Below, piece by piece: positions 57,213 to 64,000 of a DNA stretch of 64,000 nucleotides (the stretch's first letter is position 1; every line of letters starts with the position of its first letter). Source of the stretch: Bdellovibrionales bacterium (GTDB lineage: Bacteria; Bdellovibrionota; Bdellovibrionia; Bdellovibrionales; UBA1609); contig JAWLHR010000003.1 in assembly GCA_041690295.1 (NCBI GenBank), positions 128,001 through 192,000 on the forward strand, in the 5' to 3' direction. The position numbers and the translations under genes were made by a program. Below the pieces are notes generated by a model that was not told the DNA's origin, searched no databases, and was given only the letters and a program-made list of their open reading frames with translations.

Positions 57213-58948
57213 AGTGGTTAAGCCGTTTACGGGAATATTTTTGTGGTTCAGTTCACAATGAGCTCATCCGCTATCAACATCGGGCTGAACAATTGCAGCG
57301 GATCGCCCGGGCGCTCGCCGAATCAGTCTCCTTGGAGAAAATGGCTGAAATCGTGGCCAATGAATGTAAACTCGCGCTCAATGCGGACGCCGTTTGCGTT
57401 TACATGCTTCGCAAGGACGGCGTTTACGAGATGATCTCCGAATTGAACTGCACCGATGAGTTCAAGACCAAGTGGCGCCTTGTTCCCAAATCCATGGTTC
57501 CGCTGCCGAATCCCACGCAAGATCCGGAGTCTTACTTTTATGGCTCGACCGAGCAATTCAAGTCTGAAATTCCCAATGTGGGCGAGGTTGTGGAAAAGTC
57601 CAAGCGACAGACCGTCGGCTATGCGCCTTTGATCGTCAGCCGGGAAGTTTTGGGCCTTATTGGGTATTCGTACAATTCCGTTCCCAAGGAATCGACCGAC
57701 AAAACATTTTTAATCACGCTGGTGAATCTTTGCGCCCAGGCCCTTGAACGGGCCCGTTTGAGTGAGCAGGAGAAGCGCGCGCAGGAAGCCGCTGATAACG
57801 CGAATCAGGCCAAGTCGAAGTTTCTCGCCTCCATTTCCCATGAAATCCGAACGCCGTTGGCGGTGATTCAGGGGTTCGCCGATCTGCTCGCGGACTCCTA
57901 CGGCCTCACTTCACAACAGCGTAGTTGGGCGAGCATCATACGCAAAAACTCGGCGCAGTTGGGTGGGATCGTCGGCAATGTTCTCGACATTTCACGGATT
58001 GAGGCGGGAAAGGTCGACGTCGAGAAAATCGCCTTTTCGCCCCGGGATCTTTTTGAAGATGTGAAAGCCACGGCCGAGTTCAAAGTGAAGACGAAGAAAC
58101 AATCCCTTGCCGTTGAGTTCACTTGGCGGAACTTGCCCGAAATGATTGAATCCGATCCCACGCGACTGAAACAAATCCTGAATAATTTGGTTGGTAACGC
58201 GATCAAATTCACGCAATACGGTATGGTCAAGGTGGAGGCTGAATTCCGGGAACCGGACTTATTGGAATGCACTGTGACCGATACGGGGCTCGGCATCCCG
58301 CCAGAGAACCGCGAGCGGATATTTGATCCCTTCGAGCAGGGAGAAAGTTCCGGACATCGACGGTTCGGCGGCGCGGGATTGGGATTGGCGATTTCAAAAC
58401 GTTTGGCCCAGGCTCTCGGTGGTGATCTGGTTCTTGTGGAGTCCGAACTGGGACGAGGATCGAAATTTCGCTTCTCCGTCAAATGCCAGCCTGTGACGGC
58501 TCGTGAGTTGATGCCCAACGTGCATTCCATTTTTCCCAAGAATGTGGCGACATCCCGGGAGCTAAGCGGTTTTAACGTGTTGGTGGTCGAGGACAATCCC
58601 GATAACCAACAGCTCGTTTACCATCTTTTGGATCGGGCCGGAGCCCGCGTGGATCTGGCTTCGGACGGAGCCGAAGGCGTTAAAATGGCGCTCGCGGGGG
58701 ATTACGATGTCATCCTGATGGATATTCAAATGCCCGAAGTCGACGGCTTTCAAGCCGTGTCTTTCCTGCGGACGCAAGGCTATCGCAAAGCCATCGCCGC
58801 GTTGACGGCGCATGCGCTTCAAAGCGAGAGGGATCAGGCCATGATTTTCGGCTTTGACGAGTATCTTACGAAACCCATCGACCGATTAACCTTGATTGAT
58901 GTGATTCAAAGGCTAAGAAACCAGAAAGAGCTAAAACTGCCCCACTAG
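57209..58948 (+). CDS. Cytoplasmic hybrid sensor histidine kinase (GAF-HisKA-HATPase-REC)
   Basis: SHEIRTPL, NLVGNAIKFT, DTGLGI, GAGLGL, LMDIQMPEVDG; ATGA overlap with the upstream gene; stop codon lies inside the IS IR. Confidence 0.92.
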   Translation: MKWLSRLREYFCGSVHNELIRYQHRAEQLQRIARALAESVSLEKMAEIVANECKLALNADAVCVYMLRKDGVYEMISELNCTDEFKTKWRLVPKSMVPLPNPTQDPESYFYGSTEQFKSEIPNVGEVVEKSKRQTVGYAPLIVSREVLGLIGYSYNSVPKESTDKTFLITLVNLCAQALERARLSEQEKRAQEAADNANQAKSKFLASISHEIRTPLAVIQGFADLLADSYGLTSQQRSWASIIRKNSAQLGGIVGNVLDISRIEAGKVDVEKIAFSPRDLFEDVKATAEFKVKTKKQSLAVEFTWRNLPEMIESDPTRLKQILNNLVGNAIKFTQYGMVKVEAEFREPDLLECTVTDTGLGIPPENRERIFDPFEQGESSGHRRFGGAGLGLAISKRLAQALGGDLVLVESELGRGSKFRFSVKCQPVTARELMPNVHSIFPKNVATSRELSGFNVLVVEDNPDNQQLVYHLLDRAGARVDLASDGAEGVKMALAGDYDVILMDIQMPEVDGFQAVSFLRTQGYRKAIAALTAHALQSERDQAMIFGFDEYLTKPIDRLTLIDVIQRLRNQKELKLPH

Positions 58949-59901
58949 CCTGCAGCCAATGGTCCCGCGCGAATCATATTGTTGTGATAAACCGCATAGA
59001 TGGCGAGATGAAGGCGCAATCTATGAGGAATTTTCGTTGTGCACCAGGTCTTCCTCACTAGCCTATTGATATTGGCTCGAAGCATCGCACACGTGTGATT
59101 CAAGCTAAAAAGTGGATCAAATCGGATCTTCTTCAATTCCCCCTGTCCGACAATCGAACCCCTTTGCCCCTTAAACCGCTCATGCGAATTTAAAGGAAAG
59201 TGACGTCTTAAGATTTCCGGATACATTGGATTCTGATCGGATTTGAATTGCACATCAGGTGTGGTGAGTGACTTTAAACTTTCACAAAGTTCACTCAATG
59301 CTTTCGGCCTGAAGTCTGGTCTTGGGCCATATTTTTTACGTGAGATACGGGCGAGCTTTCCTTTGGCCGGCATCTGGGCCACTTGAAAACTTAAAATCCT
59401 TCTGGTCTTTGATTCAACGGCTAGTGGAACGGAGAGCGGTTTACATTTCGTATGTTCAAATGTCTCTAGTTCGTCGAATTCAACGACGGTAGCCGGCGGA
59501 CAACTATGATTTTGATGTTCAAGCTCATGTACGGCTTTTTGGCCAAGGAAAAGAAATTTTCGTTCAACCGTGGTTCGGGAAATGTGAAGCAGTTTTGCGA
59601 TTCGCCGCTGGGAGACGCTTGAAGCTAAAAGTTTGTTGATGCGGTGATTGAGGTGACGCTTTTTTTGCCTAAAGCAGGGGTGAAAGGTGGCATAAGAAAA
59701 GTATCTAGAGCAGCTAACGCAATAAAATCTTCGCACTCTTTTTCCGTCGGAGGTTCGGCGAAAAAATCCGGCTTTTTGAATACGCATCTGGCGATCGGAC
59801 AATTCTTGTGATGAATGACAATAGGGGCAACTTGGTCGCATGCCCTGTGGTTAAGGGCAAAATTCTCGCCAGGATTTTCTGCAGGCTAGTGGGGCAGTTC
59901 T
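58933..59901 (-). mobile_element. IS1/IS1595-like insertion sequence, copy 2 (969 bp)
   Basis: Same terminal IRs (58935-58955 / 59879-59899) and same length as copy 1. Confidence 0.88.
58945..59841 (-). CDS. Transposase, copy 2
   Basis: 298 aa; about 12 substitutions versus copy 1 by manual comparison. Confidence 0.85.
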   Translation of the reverse strand: MRPSCPYCHSSQELSDRQMRIQKAGFFRRTSDGKRVRRFYCVSCSRYFSYATFHPCFRQKKRHLNHRINKLLASSVSQRRIAKLLHISRTTVERKFLFLGQKAVHELEHQNHSCPPATVVEFDELETFEHTKCKPLSVPLAVESKTRRILSFQVAQMPAKGKLARISRKKYGPRPDFRPKALSELCESLKSLTTPDVQFKSDQNPMYPEILRRHFPLNSHERFKGQRGSIVGQGELKKIRFDPLFSLNHTCAMLRANINRLVRKTWCTTKIPHRLRLHLAIYAVYHNNMIRAGPLAAG

Positions 59902-60573
59902 TTAATTTTTAGTTGCGGGATCCTTCCATCGGAGCCGAATGGAAAGAAAGTATTTCTCCGCATCGTTTTCGTCGATCGAGCGGATTTCGTAATCGTTCGC
60001 GTTCTTTTTTATGAAAAGAATCTGAAATTTTTCCGAGACATCCTGGTACACATCTTTGGGCGATTCAAATTTCTTGTCCGTGGCTGAAACCACAGGCTCG
60101 ATTTTCCCATGGCGAACCACGAACCCGAACCGTCGCACATCCGAGATCGATTGGTCTTTGAGCGAATTGGACATCTCAAACAACTCGAGCGGGTTGACTT
60201 TTTGAACAACCAAGCGGCCGATGCCTTCCACGGAAAAATCAATATCCAGTCCGCCATTGGCGTTTCGCACGCAGCTTGTCTTGGCGACCAACTTTCCCGT
60301 GCGCTTGTCTGGCGCGTCCGTCACTTCGACCCGAAAATTAGTGGATTTATTTACGTAATAAAGCGTGGAGCTTTGGTATTCGTATTCACCACCGGCCAGT
60401 TCGCTGGCGAGGTTTTCAAGCGGCACGCTGGCTTCATTGGCCGCCAAATTCATGGTGAATGGAACGTAATTAGCCGGACATTGTTTTCCCGCCACTCGCC
60501 GGGAACCGCCACCCCCGCATGAGGCTATAAAAGCGACGCAAGCAACTCCGCTAACTATTTGAAATAATTTCAT
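59902..60573 (-). CDS. Hypothetical lipoprotein
   Basis: Lipobox IASC, SD GAGGTGGG. Confidence 0.72.
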   Translation of the reverse strand: MKLFQIVSGVACVAFIASCGGGGSRRVAGKQCPANYVPFTMNLAANEASVPLENLASELAGGEYEYQSSTLYYVNKSTNFRVEVTDAPDKRTGKLVAKTSCVRNANGGLDIDFSVEGIGRLVVQKVNPLELFEMSNSLKDQSISDVRRFGFVVRHGKIEPVVSATDKKFESPKDVYQDVSEKFQILFIKKNANDYEIRSIDENDAEKYFLSIRLRWKDPATKN

Positions 60574-60628
60574 AATGACCCCACCTCGGATTCAAACCGG
60601 TTGGTTATAACACAAAGCGTCAAGAAGC

Positions 60629-61093
60629 TCAATTGGAATTGTTAGGCTGATAGGGCTCAAGCTTCTTTATATGCGGGTTATAGCGAAAAACGTTCAGGTG
60701 GGGAACCAAATGCTGGTCGAAAGTGGGCGCTAGAAGTTCCATGGTGCCATCATCATCAATATCCGCGATGGCCAGGCGGGTGACATGACCCTGATAGTTG
60801 AACAGACCGTCGTGTTTATCAGGCAACAGGGCTCGATCAATGACCTCGCTTTTGCCGTCCGGGGTGAGTTTCACAACTTCAACCCAAATGCCTTCATTGT
60901 CGCGGTACTTGATAACTTTGGCTTTGCTGGAGTCGTTCAACACATCGCCCTCAGCGGTGGCGAGAATTTCCCTCCCCACTCCGCTCACGTAATCTTGCGC
61001 CGCTTGACGTACTGAAGGTGTGAGAACCGCGGCGACAAGGGCCGCGGCCATGAGCATGAAGATGCTGAATAAAAGCCATCGTTGTGCCGACAT
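60629..61093 (-). CDS. Membrane-anchored hypothetical protein with DxDxDG (FG-GAP/VCBS-like) motif
   Basis: N-terminal TM; LAIADIDDDGTMELL. Confidence 0.7.
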   Translation of the reverse strand: MSAQRWLLFSIFMLMAAALVAAVLTPSVRQAAQDYVSGVGREILATAEGDVLNDSSKAKVIKYRDNEGIWVEVVKLTPDGKSEVIDRALLPDKHDGLFNYQGHVTRLAIADIDDDGTMELLAPTFDQHLVPHLNVFRYNPHIKKLEPYQPNNSN

Positions 61094-61114
61094 TCGATTT
61101 ATTCAAACAAATTT

Positions 61115-61789
61115 TTACCGCTTCAGCACCACAAAACTGTATTGCCGTCCGGCTTGGTCCTTATCACGCCTATGCGAGTGAAAATGGGGATTAGTTATCG
61201 TGTCCGCATCAATATCGACGATTTGTATACCTGGATAATGATGCAGCAATTGGTATTTGATCAGCTGGGCCAAATCGAAGAAGCATTTGTCCGGTGTTTG
61301 GTGCGGTCGGACGAGAGCGCCACTGTCATAACCTTTGGGAGTCGCGGCAAGAAGCTGATCACGCACATCCAATCCGATTTCAAAATTATCGAAGCGGATA
61401 TGGGGACCGATGACGGCGAGATGAGGCGTTTGCCTGAAAAGTTCGCGTGATCGTCCCACGATATTGGCGGCCACTCCTCGCCAACCCGCGTGCAGGGCGC
61501 CCACTTGATCTTGCGAGGCCAACAAAACAGGTGCGCAATCCGCGGTTTTAATCGCCAAGGCTCGGTGTTTCTGGTCTGTCACATGACCATCCGCCCGGTC
61601 GCCTTCTCCAGGTGTGCCTTCGACGATGTCGCGGCCATGGACCTGATGAAGGAAACAAAACTGATATGGGGAAAAACTTTGCTGAAGCCTTTCGCGGTCC
61701 AGAAGTTTTCCGCCGCAAACAAAGAGAACGTGATCACTCTCAACCTTATATCCAAGCCACTGGCCGTCGACTTCCAAATCTTCAATCAT
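61115..61789 (-). CDS. pgeF: YfiH/PgeF laccase-domain protein
   Basis: QVHG, TADCAPV, HAGWRG, FHSHRRD; follows rluD. Confidence 0.9.
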   Translation of the reverse strand: MIEDLEVDGQWLGYKVESDHVLFVCGGKLLDRERLQQSFSPYQFCFLHQVHGRDIVEGTPGEGDRADGHVTDQKHRALAIKTADCAPVLLASQDQVGALHAGWRGVAANIVGRSRELFRQTPHLAVIGPHIRFDNFEIGLDVRDQLLAATPKGYDSGALVRPHQTPDKCFFDLAQLIKYQLLHHYPGIQIVDIDADTITNPHFHSHRRDKDQAGRQYSFVVLKR

Positions 61790-62718
61790 ATTTTGAATCC
61801 TAATTTCTTTATGAACGATTCCAGGTCTGGTGGCCATGGGGTTTGAAAATGTAATTCCGTATGAGTTCGGGGATGCGTGAATCCCAGCTCCGTTGCGTGA
61901 AGCATCAGCCGGGGAGCGGACTTTTTGAATCGTCCGCCGTAAATCGGATCACCGAGAATGGGATGTCCGGACTCCGACATGTGCACTCGGATTTGATGCG
62001 TGCGGCCGGTTTCAAGCCGACATTCGATCCACGAATAATCACGGGTGCGCTGAAGAGTCTTATAGTGAGTGATGGCCAGTTTGCCGCCCGCACTCTTGGC
62101 GGAGGCGAAGCGCTTGCGATCCGTGGGATGCCGGGCGAGGTGACTGTGAAAAGTGCCTGATGGTTGGGCAAAGGCTCCCGCCACGATCGCCCAATACACG
62201 CGCTTGGCCGTTTTGCTTTTAAACTGGGCCGCGAGGGCGTGATGAGCGGAATCGTTTTTGGCGACAACGAGTAATCCGCTGGTGTCGCGATCCAGTCGAT
62301 GGACAATGCCCGGTCTTCTTTCGGCGAATCCCATCGAAAGATTCGGAATATGATGAAGCAGAATATTGACGAGAGTGTCTTGGGCATGACCGGCCGCCGG
62401 GTGAACCACAAGTCCCGCGGGTTTATTGATCACCACCACATCCTCATCCTGGTAAACGATTTCAAGCGGGGCGGCCAAGGGCTCAAGCGGTCCTTCCGCC
62501 GGCGTTCGCGGTATTTCGATTTGGATTTTCTCGCCGGGCGAAACACGAAACGAGGCCTTCAGTTTTCGGCCGTCAATGGTGACTAATCCTTCGCTGATCA
62601 ACCAACTCGCGCGCGAACGGGAGGAAATGTACTCCAGCTTGGCCAGCCATCGATCAAGCCTTTCACCGGCGGAATTTTCGTCAACCTCGGCGATGAAGGT
62701 TTCGCGATCAGGGCGCAC
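61786..62718 (-). CDS. rluD: RluA-family 23S rRNA pseudouridine synthase RluD
   Basis: S4 domain, HRLDRDTSG, TGRTHQIRVH. Confidence 0.92.
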   Translation of the reverse strand: MRPDRETFIAEVDENSAGERLDRWLAKLEYISSRSRASWLISEGLVTIDGRKLKASFRVSPGEKIQIEIPRTPAEGPLEPLAAPLEIVYQDEDVVVINKPAGLVVHPAAGHAQDTLVNILLHHIPNLSMGFAERRPGIVHRLDRDTSGLLVVAKNDSAHHALAAQFKSKTAKRVYWAIVAGAFAQPSGTFHSHLARHPTDRKRFASAKSAGGKLAITHYKTLQRTRDYSWIECRLETGRTHQIRVHMSESGHPILGDPIYGGRFKKSAPRLMLHATELGFTHPRTHTELHFQTPWPPDLESFIKKLGFKI

Positions 62719-63418
62719 GTTTCTTAGGTTTGAAATATTTCATGTAGGCGTCGGCGATTTTCTTTTCATCAAGCCCCAGCGTTTTCGCCACGCCGACCAC
62801 GAATCCACGGGTGAAAACGGGAACGGGTAAAGAATCAATGTCGTTTGATTCCAAAGCCACTAAAGTGGATTTGCTAACGCGAATTTCATCGGCCATTTGT
62901 TCGATTGAAACACCTTTGTAAAGGCGAATCTTCTGAAGGAACTCGCCATCACATTCCTGGACATTGGCGATTTCAGCTTCGATTTCAGGATTGATTTCAT
63001 AAACACTGAACCTCGTGCGCGCGAAACCATTCGGCAGGTCTTCGCTCTTCGCCACGGATCGAACCACCTTCACCGGGCCAACCCAGTTTTCGTCGACCTT
63101 TTTCTTGGCTTCTTCGGCCGAGTATTTTGTGACGGGTTGGTCTTTCGTGCTTCGTAAGGGCGCTTGGGGTTGAACCAATCCCAGCTTGACGTCATATTCG
63201 CGGCGTCGCGCTTGATGGGAAAGTGTTTGATACGCTTCCTCGATCAGCTGCAAGAGCTGTTGCGCTTCCTCGGGCGAAAACATGCTGTAGAGGGCCGGGC
63301 TCGACGGAGAATAAGTGTTTCTCGCCCTCTGATAAGCATTATAGATTTCCGTCGGTCCCGCCGTCGGCGGAACTTCCAGAATTTCGTAATAAGTTTGATG
63401 GTTCTGTCGATCACTCAT
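62708..63418 (-). CDS. J-like domain + RodZ-type HTH protein
   Basis: YYEILEV...IEEAYQTLS without HPD; C-terminal LQKIRLYKGVSIEQMADEIRVS...FTRGFV. Confidence 0.78.
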   Translation of the reverse strand: MSDRQNHQTYYEILEVPPTAGPTEIYNAYQRARNTYSPSSPALYSMFSPEEAQQLLQLIEEAYQTLSHQARRREYDVKLGLVQPQAPLRSTKDQPVTKYSAEEAKKKVDENWVGPVKVVRSVAKSEDLPNGFARTRFSVYEINPEIEAEIANVQECDGEFLQKIRLYKGVSIEQMADEIRVSKSTLVALESNDIDSLPVPVFTRGFVVGVAKTLGLDEKKIADAYMKYFKPKKRAP

Positions 63419-63428
63419 GGATGTAAAA

Positions 63429-64000
63429 TTATACCACAGCTTTCAGCTGATGGGATTTGACTAGCTTGCGCGCCAAGCCCATCAATTGAGCGTACAAGTG
63501 ACTCTGTCGGTTCGCCATCAAAAGATGATTTCTTTGGCGGAGTGACTGCCATACCGCATTATCATATTCAAGTCCGACCAGGAAATCACAGGGGAAGCCG
63601 AAATACTTGTTACAAACCGATTGCAGTGAGTAACCCATTTCAATTTCCTGTCGTGTGCGGGCCTGATTCAGAACGATTTCGAAATTCAGATCATTAAGTA
63701 TATTTTTAAGCTTTACTCCCAAAACCGGTTCGCGCTCGACGATGACGCGCATAAAGTCCGCCGGATTTTTGATATTGTGCTTTGCTTTGTTGTTCAGCAA
63801 CTCATCAATCTGGTTTTTCAACTGAAGCTGGTGTTCGTAACGGCGAAGTTTGCGGAAAAAGCTGGCTTTCAAAAATCTATAGGCGTTCTCAATGCTCGAG
63901 GGATCCGGCGTGATCACGACGATTTTGTGTTTGGCCATTAAAAAGAAATCCAGTGTCGAATGGTGGGTTCCGGCACTCAAATCCAAAACGGTGAAATCGG
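63429..64000 (-). CDS. MinD/ParA (FlhG-like) ATPase, C-terminal part (runs off window end)
   Basis: DFTVLDLSAG, ITPDPSSIENAY, IVLNQ. Confidence 0.8.
   Translation of the reverse strand, partial: DFTVLDLSAGTHHSTLDFFLMAKHKIVVITPDPSSIENAYRFLKASFFRKLRRYEHQLQLKNQIDELLNNKAKHNIKNPADFMRVIVEREPVLGVKLKNILNDLNFEIVLNQARTRQEIEMGYSLQSVCNKYFGFPCDFLVGLEYDNAVWQSLRQRNHLLMANRQSHLYAQLMGLARKLVKSHQLKAVV

Noticed and set aside
24238..59901. The two inverted IS copies as a composite transposon or inversion boundary
   Set aside because: The 34 kb between them holds core genes (rplU, rpmA, obgE, bamD); the copies are diverged and no shared flanking duplication is visible.
1..64000. CRISPR arrays, tRNA/rRNA genes, prophage genes
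   Set aside because: No regularly spaced repeats, cloverleaf signatures or phage hallmark proteins seen; intergenic gaps are short.

Overview
Bacterial chromosome segment. Gene content and order (lon, lpoA-like, tatBC, pilT, rplU-rpmA-obgE-nadD/rsfS-rlmH, ast-like genes, many lipoproteins) suggest a Bdellovibrionota/Deltaproteobacteria-like organism; this is an inference. Most of the window is housekeeping: chaperones and proteases, Tat export, propionyl-CoA carboxylase and methylmalonyl-CoA mutase, nucleoside salvage, ribosome biogenesis, envelope biogenesis and a succinyltransferase pathway. Two 969-bp copies of an IS1/IS1595-like element each sit at a convergent gene junction next to a small accessory module. 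Module 1 is an XRE-HTH fused to a UbiB/ABC1 atypical kinase, with palindromic operator-like sites, a divergent large lipoprotein and a membrane protein. Module 2 is an acyltransferase-like (LuxI/GNAT-fold) gene translationally coupled to a cytoplasmic GAF hybrid histidine kinase. Other signals not shown by the ORF track: five TGAnTAnTCA boxes around an HTH/coiled-coil gene, an SD-occluding hairpin in the lon leader, a perfect 26-bp inverted repeat, and a 25-aa membrane microprotein with a near-consensus promoter. A NadD-RsfS fusion and an L21 with a histone-like tail are also present. No rRNA, tRNA or CRISPR array was seen. All calls come from manual motif reading; no database searches were run.
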